Position numbers and translations under genes: made by a program
The notes under the pieces: model-generated
What the model saw: the letters and a program-made list of their open reading frames with translations, nothing else
The model's database searches: none
What the model was told of the DNA's origin: nothing
Assembly: GCA_951406725.2 (NCBI GenBank)
Contig: OX597817.1
Span: 121,582,001 to 121,646,000 of the forward strand
DNA length: 64,000 nt
DNA from: Octopus vulgaris
Taxonomy: Eukaryota
Direction of reading: 5' to 3'
Part shown: positions 51,218 to 64,000 of the stretch, piece after piece
Numbering within the stretch: position 1 is the stretch's first letter
Layout: every line of letters starts with the position of its first letter

Positions 51218-52454
51218 TTGGCATATATATAACAATTTAATTGAAAAATAAAAATAAAAATTTTATTAGCACAATAGTATTTTATATTATATTCTTATGA
51301 TAATAGAATATAATAAGTAATAAATTTTAAATATAGATGTTTCAGTTCTTCGCAATAAGAAAATTATGATAATTCATTGTTTTTTTATTCTTCTCAGGGT
51401 AATTTTTATATATACCACGATTCGCAGATCCAAGAATACTGAATTTAAACACATATGTTTACAAGCGTGAGCGTTATTAATAAAAAAAAACGAAAAAAGA
51501 AGATAAAAATAAAGAATAAACTAATATAACGGCCTTAAAATATATTTGTAATTTATTAAGTATTCTAATCTAAATATATCTTAGCATATATGTTGTTTAA
51601 AATACCAGGAACAAATTTTTAATGACTATTTAAAAAGACCATGGCTAAATAAGAAATATCCTTTTCATTCTTTCATATTATGAAAATACATATAATAATA
51701 ATACGGTATTTATCTATTAGTAAATAGCAAAATGATATATTTGAAATATTATATCACCTCTAGTCAAATATTATGAATTATATTGAATTAATTATTTATA
51801 ATAATCATTACTAAAAATAGAAGATGAATAATTAAAAATTATGTAGTTTATATATAAAAGAAACTTTCTAAAAAATAATATCATAATAACAATATTATTG
51901 TAGAAAGGAAATAAATGGTGACTTAAGCAGTTTTCCAAACAAATTTAATTACAAGGAAGTCACTTAGATAATTACTAATTTGCATGCTAAAAATATTTCT
52001 AAAATTAAAATTAAAATTCAGAAAACTTGGATTTTTAGACAAACAATCTTGTGATGTTTATATGCATTTATACTTACGGAAGGATTGAAGGGACATAATT
52101 TTTCAAAAGTAATTTACAAAGTATGTTTTTAAGAATGTGCACAATAAATATAATTTATGCAAGAATAATTTTAATCTGTATGCATTTCTATATAAATAAA
52201 AAAAAATTAATTTTTCTGGAGAAATAATTCACTTTAAACTAATGTTTACAATCCAATGCGTAGATAATATAATATGAGGGATATATAATATTTAGAATAT
52301 TTTCTATAATAAAATTTAATATAAACTAATATCATTACATTTAAGATTATTCAATATAAAATAACATAAGCTTAAAGATTCCCCAAAACTTCAGTATCAT
52401 TATACAATATATATAACGTTATAAATAACTTCCTATATATAACGTTAACACTCG

Positions 52455-52584
<130 letters not shown>

Positions 52585-53064
52585 TGATTACGATTCTATC
52601 AAATTTCCTATACCACAAATGCCCCAATAATTTCAAATTCAGCAGAATATTTTCCCTATATGAAGCCATATTAAAATGATATAATATTTACTCGCTACGT
52701 GCTATAGAATAACAATGTAAGCTTCCGGAATGCAGAGTTCCAGATAAGATTTCCGGTGAAAGCCATTTTGTTACATTTGCATTACTAATGCTTTTTCACA
52801 CATCATCAATGATTTCTAAAACCATATCCGACTAACTAAAATACAGGGTTCGTTCCATGCATAAGAAACTTGTATATTTATTCCAAAGTAATAAATGCTA
52901 CCAATGGAATGCTTAATATAGAATATCATTGTTAATAAGTACATATTTAATATGAATTTCATGTCCGTATCTCCTGTTTTGTTCTCTGTCTATATATATC
53001 TGTATGTCTGTATTCATACATTATATGTATGTGTAGTTTTGTGTTTTGTATTTGAATATATTTG

Positions 53065-53140
<76 letters not shown>

Positions 53141-53173
53141 GTACGTGTACATATATGTATCAATCTATATCTA

Positions 53174-53212
<39 letters not shown>

Positions 53213-53415
53213 ACATGCATGTGCGCTAGTTCGTGAGTTGGTATATAAAATATCTACAGATGTATGTAGTCTTCCACGTATATTCATCACATTGGTTACA
53301 ATACAAGACAAATATTTCTTCTGTTATTGTGCTAGAAAACACCAAGTATTATGGGCGTGCATTTAAAACGTATAATAGGAAAAGCTTATGTGTATCTATC
53401 TATTTATCTACCTAC

Positions 53416-53492
<77 letters not shown>

Positions 53493-54204
53493 ATCTATCT
53501 ATGTATAGAGTGGGAGAGTGTTTCTTTTACGGGCTATGACTTTGCTGGAGCTTCGCCATCATGTTCATCTATAGCTAATATATTTTTTCACACGAATGCA
53601 CACCTAAACAATTCAGTCGTTTATACTTATATACTTAAAATTATACATAAGCAAGTTTTATACAAATGACTGTATATCACTTACACATCGATACACTGAT
53701 TAAACCTCCTGGACACAACCAACTATTAGCACTTTATTATTTGATAGGTGCTTTTTTTTCATAAGCCTCAATAACATTGTATTCTTAATGAAAAGAGTAT
53801 CTCCAATATTGTGGAATTATCGATCTCGTTGGCGTTGCCTGAATGTACGTCAATTCGAAACTGGGTCGCAGTTTCCAAGTAATTTGTGAAAGGCATTACA
53901 AAATATGAATGAATACAATACTATCGTATTTGTTGAGATTTTAAATAGCAAATAAGCAATATAAGTAGCTACAGTGCAAAGTTATACGCATAATCAGAGA
54001 AAATGTTAAGACCAACCTATTCTTCCACTATAATAATAAATAGACCATCAAATATTCAGAAAAGCTTCTGTCGGTAAAACAAACTCAGAATGGTTTAACC
54101 ATATAGAAATCTCGAGAAAAATTAATCACCCTCTAAGTTATAATTCTTTTGAAAAGATAGATTCACACAAATGAAGAAGTATAACAGTAATAATAAAAAT
54201 AATT

Positions 54205-54745
54205 TCAGATTTTGACATAAGGCCAACAATTTTGGTGGAGGATAAATGGATTACGAGGACCTCAGTGTCAAACTAGTATTTATTTTATCGAACCCAAACG
54301 GGTGAAAGGCAATGTTGACCCCAGCGTAATTTGAACTCGGACGGATAAAATGACGCTAAGCATTTTGCCAGCTCGTCTCCTTAAGAATTCTTTTTGTTAT
54401 AGGAATAACGTTTGAAATTTTGAGGGAGGCGGCTAGTCAACTAAATTGATCCAGTGCTCGTCTGTTACTTATTTTATGGACACCAAGAGGACGGACGGCA
54501 ATGTTGACCTCGGCGTAATTTGAAAGCAGAATGTAAAGCTAGCAGAAATGCCTCTAAACATTTTGTTCGGCGTACTAAAGATTCTGCCACCACACTGCTT
54601 AACAACTGTAATGATAGTAGTAGTAGTGGTGGTGTTTCTAATGTATACACAAGAACAGGAATATAGGGTCGGGGATTCGTCGACAACGTCGACACTAGTA
54701 CCTTATTTTATTGATCCTCAAAGGATGAAAAGCAAAATTGATTCT
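54205..54745 (-). mobile_element. Three tandem SINE family B copies
   Basis: The core TTATTTTAT.GA.CC..AA.GG..GAAAGGCAA occurs at about 54280, 54469 and 54703. Confidence 0.8.
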
Positions 54746-55613
54746 GTCAGACACACATTATTAATAGCAATATTAATAATGATTATTTGTTGCAATTATT
54801 TCAGCAAACGTAAATTTCTAAGACCACCAATTTTGGACAAGAATGTATTTGATCTTTCACTATCTTTCAACAACAAATAAAACGAAAAGATGTTCAAGTG
54901 GAATTTCGAAGTTAGGTTCGAACAGACATACAGAATGTTACCCTGAATATTTCCTTTTTAAACTACTTTCACACAGCATCATAAATTCCAAATTAATCGA
55001 AGGCAACACACGTTAATTACCAGTATTATTAATTTCACTCTGATAATTGATTGGTACTCGTTTCATTGGCTTCGAAAGGCAAAGATAAAACTGGTAAAAT
55101 TTGAACTCACAACGTAAAGGAATGCAAAGAACACTTAGTCAGACATACTACTATAACCGAATCACACATTTTCATCTATATATTGAGTAAAGAAAAACCA
55201 CATGAATTACGCTATACACGTAACAATGGAGGGTAATTTAACGCTTTGAGCAGTTAAGCTAGAATAATTACGAATTCTATTTATATTAGTTACCAGAAAT
55301 GAATGTAACAAACAGCCATTTGACACAGTATCATGATTTTCCTCTCAGACTTAATTTCCTTCGAAAACTTTTAGTTATATTATTGATTTTTATGTTGAGA
55401 AAGCAATATGACGAATCTGTATATACACAATAGAATACAGTACTGAAACACACGCATGGTACATTTGCAGCAATATGTAAACGTGAAAAGACACAGCTTT
55501 TCAATTATATATTATATTATATTATATGCTGACGTTTAGTTATATTTACACACATAGGCACACCACATATAAATACATATCTCTATATTTACCGGCATAT
55601 GTGTGTATATATG

Positions 55614-55707
<94 letters not shown>

Positions 55708-55715
55708 CAAGCACA

Positions 55716-56474
55716 CAGGGGGCGATGGGTAAATTGTTGCTGTTTCATATTTTTAATATCACACATGCGTATTGTTTGTTTTTGATTTTGTCGACTACAC
55801 AGTATAGTGTCGTCATTTACGTACTGCCGATGAGAAAAAACAGTACCATGATGCAATTCACTCTGCCAGAAATTTGGAAACGACATGCTGCGCTGCTTGG
55901 CATTCGCGCCGTAAGTTCCGATATGAACATTTCAGAATGATGGCGACGTTATGCTTACATTCATCTTCCCACATAGCTTCAGACTCAACACTGAGGCCTA
56001 CATCAAGTGCCGGGAGGAGGTCGTGTTACCCTGGGTAAAGAGGGTGGCTGCAGGAAGGCACTTTGCTACACAATCAGGAGAAGCCAGTCATGGCTATCAG
56101 ACAATTTCAGTGACTACATCACCCCTAACATCTGGCTATCTAACTCCCCAGTCTTCAAACCCCTTGATTATTATGTGCGGGGTGCAATTGACTGAGAGAC
56201 CAACGAAACTCCTTGTAACACCAAAGATGAAAAAAAGGCAAGGATTATGGCAGAATTCATCAACTTAAGCAAAGAGACCATCCAGAAAAGTTGCAGGAGA
56301 TTCTGAAGTTGTCTGGAGGCCATGGTTGAAGCTAATGGCGATTTTATTGAATAAATTTACTCTTTAATATTTCAAAATATTTTCAAGCAATTTCACTAAA
56401 TACATCTGTTAAAATAAGATGCGTATTATGTTAAATTTTGCGTAACTTATACGACAATACATTCACCGCACCAT

Positions 56475-56475
<1 letters not shown>
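55716..56475 (+). mobile_element. Internally deleted DD37D/maT-like Tc1-mariner element
   Basis: GDVMLTFIFPHSFRLNTEAYIKCREEVVLPW, NIWLSNSPVFKPLDYYVRG (WPPNSPDxNPLDYxVWG) and LEAMVEANGDFIE*. Degenerate TIRs CAGGGGGCGATG..ATTGTTG / CGACAAT..CACCGCACCATG (16/24). Confidence 0.82.
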
Positions 56476-56558
<83 letters not shown>

Positions 56559-57177
56559 GTGTGTGTATGTGTGTGTGTATGAGTGTGCATACATCTGTGT
56601 ATATCTGCGTGTGCGTGTGAGTGTGTTTTTGGTGTATATCTGCGTGAGCGTGTGAGTGTGTGTACATGGGTTTGTAGGATGCAAATGGGTGCATATGCAT
56701 ACAGTTTAGTATGCATACACGCTTTTGCATACGTCATGACATTAAAACATATATGTGCCGAAGTGAGTTATCACTACAGGAAAATGTTAAACTCTCTGTC
56801 TATGTATATATTCTGTCTGTCTGTCTCTCACTCTGTTTAACTGACTATCTATCTCTCTGTCTGTCTGTCTACCAAACTAAATTTCCTACCAGCGCACGCA
56901 TTCACACGCACACACATACACGCACACACATACACGCACGCACACACACACGTAAATATCCGCCATGAGCTAGCAATAAGGAATATTAATACTGTTAAAT
57001 TGTTACCGTAGCAAGTTTTAAATTCTTATTTATAGGGTAATAAATAAAAAGGCATTGTTTTAGGGCGAAACAGAATAAATATACATTAAAGCGTTAAAGG
57101 GAAGTGGGAATTGCATTATTGATGGTACCCCATGAAAGTGGTATAAAATAACATATACAATGTATATTGTATGTACG

Positions 57178-57222
<45 letters not shown>

Positions 57223-57281
57223 GTATGTTTGTATGTATGTATGTATGTATGTATGTATGTATGTATCTATCTATCTATCTA

Positions 57282-57334
<53 letters not shown>

Positions 57335-58829
57335 GTATGGATTTATTTATTCGTATATGAGTATGCACACAAACACACACATATACCTACACGTTAAAGA
57401 TTTGTGAGTTTTATGACTAATGGATTACAAGAAATACATACACACAGCACTTTTATCTCTGCACAGATATATCTGTAGCAATTTTGGATAGACAAGAATA
57501 AGTGTTAAAGAGAAAATAGAAATGCATTTTGGAAGATAACTACAGATAAAAGCTGAAATGTCTGTAATCGTAAACTTGTTAGCAACGACAGACAGTACAG
57601 TGCATAGAGCTATAAATACGCTTTGATAGGAAACGCATATGCCCGAAACTTTCGTACAACAGGAAATATAGCAGAAGCTGTACTATGATATAAATATTTT
57701 AACTTCGCGATATAAATACTGGATCTAGGTTTTAGTACGATACCATCTCCACAGGAATTTCAAATCTTAATTTAATATATACACTAAGATGCGTATAGAA
57801 ATCTAAGAATGACCTCGCTAGTCCATTAAAATAACTTCGAGAAAAACATCGTTGTATTGCTATATGAAATTTAAGCATATATGTTTTACTCGATATATAT
57901 ATATATCGTAGAGAAAGAGAAATATTTTACAGGAAAATATGGACGCCTTTTCTATTGTTCTCTTATAGTTTTTCGCTAAATTTAACATTAACGAGAACTT
58001 AAATACCACACACATTCAACAATAACACTTCGTTTAAGACTTCAGATTCATGAGAAAAAGTAAAGTTTATTATCTTGCATTTAGTTTAAGTGAAACTCCG
58101 GTGTCAAGAAGTGACTGTTTGTTTCATCAAAATGTTGACTGATTTGTGACGGAATTGCTATTCTCTTCCACGGAAGATAACGACGTTAATGTTTTGGTTA
58201 CATAGCTAAACAGATTTTATGAAATGTATCACTTCGATAACAGTGGCAAAGAACCACATATGATGAACGAAAAACTGCGGTAGTGATAATATATCCGATT
58301 CTGTTGCTGCTGCTTTTGTTTTACATTTGTGCTCGTTCGTACGTTTGTATGCTTGTGTGTGTGTGCGTGTATGTGTGTGCGTGTGTGTGTCTGTGTGTGT
58401 GTTTGTGTATGTGTGCTTGTTTGTGTGTGTGCTGTAGAAATACATATAGCCCCAATATTTTGAAAGAGCGAGAGAAAGAGAGAGTGAGTGAGAAAAAGTG
58501 ATACTGAGAGAGAGATAAATATAAAGAGACAGACATATATGCTTCACATAGCAATGTTACCAGACAGACGACATCATATACATCCACATACCAAATCACA
58601 GAGGCGTAGAAGCAAAGTAACGCACCATTTTATAAAGATAATGGAAGCAGAACAGTGGTGGAATATATAGTTGCAAATATGAATATATAGATGGAGTTTG
58701 CATACAGATATTTTACTCTTTTAAGAATTATTTCTAAACTTACTATCATTCAACCAAATAGTGAAAAGTGCCTTATTAATTAGTAGTATTTAGACTAGAA
58801 TTTGGATTCTCGTCTGGTTCAATTGGAAA

Positions 58830-59580
58830 TTAATGTCACAGACAGTACCAATTAAAATAATTATTCAGGGCCAACGAATTTGGAATGCTAATAGATATTC
58901 TTGAATTCCCACATTTGCCAGCTATTGAGAAAATAATGATACTGAGAAGAGAAAGACATTTATGGGATGGATATTTGCAGGTATTCTGGCACATCAAAAT
59001 CACAGCAATCTCCTTATACAACAGTAAATTTAAAAAGCAAAACTCACAAACTAATAGATGGTGTTCAGATTTTGAAGAATTCTGTTTCGATAAATATCAG
59101 CTTTATAAGCAATAATAGAATAATAGAATAGGCACTGTGTGTGGAGAACAAATGGCTACATCTTTAAAGCAGAAAAAAAAATTTAGACACGTTTAGCTAG
59201 AGTTGTAGAATTTGACAAATTCCTTTAAAATTAACACTTAAGCGTTTTAGGGAGAGTAAAACTTCAAAGAAATTGGGAGAGATTTAATAAGGAATCAAAA
59301 CCGATACGTTTGCAAACAGTTTGAAGTAAATAACATTCTCACTGTACCAATGAGTTTACATTTAGAAGAAAACTGAAAAAATAATTAGAGGATTTGTTGG
59401 ATGAAAATACGAACTGCATAAAGAGATGTATATATAATTGTAGCACGTGTAGAAATTAACCAATCGAAGAACTGAAAACTGGATTTATTTACAGAAATAC
59501 CAAAATAAATGTCATGACTTGTCTAAAACAGATGTAAACTTAGACGTTCACGCACCGAAATTAATAGATATATGGAATAA
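58830..59580 (+). pseudogene. Possible hAT (Charlie-like) transposase fossil
   Basis: Frameshifted TVNLK..KTHKLIDG (LNLKLQGK), FAN.FEV....VPMSLHLE (NPF...PxxLQxE) and KYQNKCHDLS (KxRNxL); weak. Confidence 0.35.
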
Positions 59581-60220
59581 AAGAGGTGTTAGATTTGGAG
59601 TTGAGGATGAAGTAATTCAGAGATGTCTCAGCAATAGCAGTAGGGTTAAAGAAAAAAAAATCCGAAACTGATGTCAGGAGAAGGAATGTTAAGTTTATAT
59701 ATATACTTTTCAATATTTCCAATATAATGGAAGGAAGAGGAAACGCATTAATATTCCTCGCAATTTCCGTTCCGTTGTTGGTTTTATTGAATTCCTAAAG
59801 CAAAATATCCCGAATATGCACCTTTTTCACTTCCATTATAGCTTTGAAAAGATAGCTGTTAAAATCGAACTACACTCTTCAAAACTTGCACTAAGAATAA
59901 GGACAAGGTAAAATTACTACCTGCTTTTATAGCAAGTTGATGCAGGTAGTTTATCCCGTCCCTCTTCGGCTTTTAGTCCATACAATTGAAGAAACCGCAT
60001 TATTTATGGATTGAGCTAATATATATATATATATACATGCACTACAGCAGTATTCGTTACTTAATCTATTCTTTACCTCAGTATTATTTTTACTGATGTC
60101 TACTTTTGCGTTTCTCTCTAAAGCTTTACTGTACATAAAATATCCTTAAATTTCGTTCAAATCCTCTGAAAAGCTTCCGTGAAGACAGAAATCAAGTCAT
60201 GCAATATTTAAGAAACTACT

Positions 60221-60273
60221 ATCACGTGATTTGTTGGCTTCCACGCCCAGCATTTAGGTATCACTTATATAAA
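60221..60273 (+). promoter_or_regulatory. Candidate Pol II promoter motif cluster
   Basis: ATCACGTGAT (E-box) at 60221-60230, CCACGCCC (KLF/Sp-type) at 60241-60248 and TATATAAA at 60266-60273, in a locally CpG-enriched patch. Confidence 0.3.
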
Positions 60274-60502
60274 CGCGCAGGGCATAAGAATGAGGGGTGT
60301 AGCGACCTATTGTATCGTTACTAGTCATTATTAAATGACGACCAGCTAACGCCAAGCGAACGAAAAGACGCGCTTTATTCCACATTTGTATTTTTCATCG
60401 CTAGGAATATTATTAATAGTTTTTAGGTACAAACACACGGTTTGCTTCTGGTATAATTAACATCGTAATTATGGGGAGTTTTTGTTTTGTAAATTAAAGT
60501 AG

Positions 60503-61408
60503 ATAAGTTGAAGAACATGCATATTTAATTTATATTTTTTATCACATAAAGTAAATGTCTTAAAATTTTACTATTTCATGTCGCCGTTGGAATCGTCGAC
60601 ACGGCATAACGCGAGATACAAATTAAGCTAAATTCAATATTGTACGAAATTTCATAAATGGAGAGAATAATGAAAATAGTTCATAGTTTAAAAAGGAAAA
60701 TACGTATTTATGTTTTTTTTTATTCTTTTCATGCTAAATAGTTAAATGTTAGGCAGTAGAGAAAATATTTCCAAGACAATTCTTCCTTGCAAAAAACTTA
60801 TTTGTGTAGTCACTGAAAATAGTTTTATAACGAGCCAGTTTCTCAATCCCGTTATGGTATATTCCGGGATTGCAGATAAGGCTTTCTGGCTCATATTCCA
60901 TATCATACTATCCGGCGGGATGAGTAAGAATACAGATTCTATATATTCATCTCGTCGAAGCACTTGCCGCCAGTTTCATAGATAATCGCAGAGAAGTAAC
61001 TATAAAATTTCGAAAACGCGGTTTGTTTATTGTGATTTTACAATTTAAGGAGAGAAAATCTCTTGTAGACCACACGAAGTTAAGTTGATCATGCGTATTT
61101 AATTTATAATTTATTGTTTTGTTTTCTTTGACATAAAAATAATTTCTTAACGTTTTTAGTCGTTTCTAGTTATGTGTAATACTATTTCATCCCTTTTGGG
61201 ATTATCGGCACGGCTTATCTCAAGACAAATTAAGCTAAATTCGCCATAGTACGAAGTTTCATAAAAAGAGAGAAAATAGTGAAAATATTTCATAGTTTTA
61301 AAAGTATATTTCAAGCATTTTTTCATGCTAAATAGTTAACTGATAAGCCGTAGAAAAAGAGAATTTCTAACGTAAAATACTTCCAGAGAAATTCTGCTTT
61401 GCAAAAAA
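60503..61408. repeat. Diverged direct repeat of about 300 bp (60503-60798 and 61080-61408)
   Basis: Shared blocks ACAAATTAAGCTAAATTC, GTACGAA.TTTCATAAA, TTTTCATGCTAAATAGTTAA and TTGCAAAAAA in the same order. Confidence 0.85.
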
Positions 61409-61568
61409 AGAACATAATCACATCAGCAAAATAAGTACATGGTACATTCCTATCCGCTATGTATCTCGACTAAGTTGTTCAGTCATTTACAGTTTCCCCG
61501 ACCCCGTCTCTTACTCTCTTTATGTATGTTTACATGTATGTATTTTCATACCTACTTACCTGAGCATG

Positions 61569-61622
<54 letters not shown>

Positions 61623-64000
61623 GAGAGAGAGAGAAGAGGGAGAGGGGGTAGATAGCTATGCAATACATATATATATATATACCTGCACAAGATTATTCAT
61701 CAATAGATATATTAATTAATTCTTTATTACCCACTTAAAACAAAAAACTATTTTACAAATAATGTTTTCATCAGAAATCTTCATCATTGATTTACTGCAT
61801 AATCTATGAAGATCAAAATAGGTACAAATATATCAGATGAAGAAAGAGTTTCAATTTACTTCCTTGTTTGTGAGAAGTGAATATTTACCCAATAACAACC
61901 TCCCACATACATCCCCACACTCAGAAAATTAACGCATAAGTATGTACACACGAGTACTTTTTTTTTGTGAAATTTCAAGTGAAAGCATATGCACTTTGAA
62001 ATAAATATTGATTATTGTTTTGTCCAACTCCCAATCTTCAAACAAAGTTGGCGCCATTTCATTCCAATATTGTATATGTTAACAATAAAAATAAATGAGA
62101 GAGAAAAACCGAATGCATCAACTTACAATTTTTATATTTACGTGTTGGCAGAATATTGATTGACAAATTTTTCTATGGTGTTGGAATTGAAATATAGGTT
62201 TTACGGCGGTCCATTTACTTAACACGAAATATCAATATGGTTATAAAAGAGAACGCTCTTAAAGTAAATTTTTACTAGTTTCATCTCTCTTGCCCCCAAA
62301 TTAAACGTTTTCGACTTTCTAAATTATATGTTGTTTTATACTTTCAATAGTATGCTGTCCATAAATTTGAAATTTTCCTTTTCAGCTTCAAGGTGCAATT
62401 TTTCTAATATTTACTTTCATCTCCATCCATTAATGCCTGGAAAGGTATTCATAATAATCATAGCAACAAGTCATTGCATTTTGAAAAGCGCCATCGTCGT
62501 TATTTTGAAAGAGACTTCAAAAACAAAAGCAATTTTATTTTCAGTATGCTAAGTTCAAGGGACAAAATAGATGATCACCTTTACAGTTGATTGAATTATC
62601 AACATGAAGTTTATAAAACGCTTAACGAATCATCATAAACTCTCATTAGTTGAACAATTTATTCAGTTTCATAAGTCAGCTTTATAAACATATAAGTATG
62701 AAAATATAACACTTGAAAAATTTTTAATATTTATTATTGAATCATTAGACAAACTTTGTTTAGTAAACATTATGTTACATTGAACACGTTCCAATATTTC
62801 CTTAGATGATTGATATAACTTTACTTCAGAGTAATCGCTCTAATTGACACGCTGCTTACTGCAAATAGTCCTTAATTTTTTATATATAACTTTTAAATCG
62901 TTCATTAATAAATACATTTAAATGAAGGCAACTCTGTAAACTTTCACTGTCGTGATGTGTCGTTATAAACATTATAAGTTTTTGACACTGACATTCTCAT
63001 TCACCTAATCAGTATAAGTATGAAGGATTAGAAGAAGTTAAGGATTGAATACAACTTGCTATATATAATAGTCTGGCATTAATGAACAGCTTCAGTGAGA
63101 TTGCAAACAAAAGTGTTATTTAGTAAAAGCGCTACAGATCCTGTTTATATCCCGAAAGCATTGATTTAATATCTATGTTCAGTCACCATTTGTATGAAAA
63201 ATACATAGAGTTTGGTTTGATACTTTACACAACTCAAAGATAAAAATATTTCGTTAAAAAAATTCAATCTCTAGAACTACTAAATAGTAACTGAACTAAA
63301 TTTTAAAGACTTAGATTAAAAATTATTACATTTTCATAGGGAGAAAGAAGTACGAGTATCTGGATATTTCCGATCTATTGGTTTCATTTTGTGATTTTAT
63401 TTTATCGTGGAAGATCTGTATGAAACGTTGGAGATTCATAATGATTCCGTGACACCCTGTAGTAGAAGCAAATTCGTGTCCGTAGTATTATAATAAGGAA
63501 ACACTTTTACTATACAAACACGTCGGTAATAGTCATGCGAAGCGAATTATTAATGTTGTAACAACACGTTTACCCTAGCAGATCTCAAAGATTTTATGGA
63601 TGTGTATTCAAGCGTAGTCAATTCTTTTCGCTGAAACCTCCAATGTCACGAGACAATTTAGGATTGTTATAGTTGATATATAAGTAAAATAATGGCCTGG
63701 CATGCATAGGAACATGGAAATAATATGACAGAAAATGATTACATGAAATACAAAAACGCTATTAATTGGGTTTATTAGATCGAAATCTATATAGCCTATT
63801 CCGATATAACAAAATACTAGAAAATATTTTTGTATATATGAAATAATTTAATGATACTGTAACATCAGCTGGAAATAATGGCTTTTGATAATTTATTTGT
63901 AAGAATGTATATTGTTTGAAAGGGAACGTGAAAATGGCAATGCTTGCAACTATTTCTTATAATATGGGTAGCATGTTCTAGACTGGATGGCAGCACACAC

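Overview
AT-rich, gene-poor eukaryotic DNA saturated with microsatellites. The SINE families look like those I associate with Octopus (coleoid cephalopod) genomes; this is recognition, not a database result. I cannot support any host protein-coding gene: nearly all listed ORFs are (TA)n/(CA)n/(TATG)n/triplet-repeat translations or transposon debris. The window is a transposable-element graveyard. It holds a near full-length decayed Tc1 element with TIRs and TA TSD, two mariner relics, a DD37D/maT-like relic, hAT relics, a Helitron-like element carrying a satellite, CR1-like and Dong/R4-like LINE fossils, and many tRNA-derived SINEs. The most distinctive signal is a set of short non-coding inserts lodged against (TA)n tracts. 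Some carry minimal hammerhead-ribozyme (HHR) motifs of the Penelope-like element type, with one near-canonical core at 14690-14735 (-). Others form near-perfect fold-back palindromes. Coordinates were counted by hand, and element boundaries are approximate unless TIRs are quoted.
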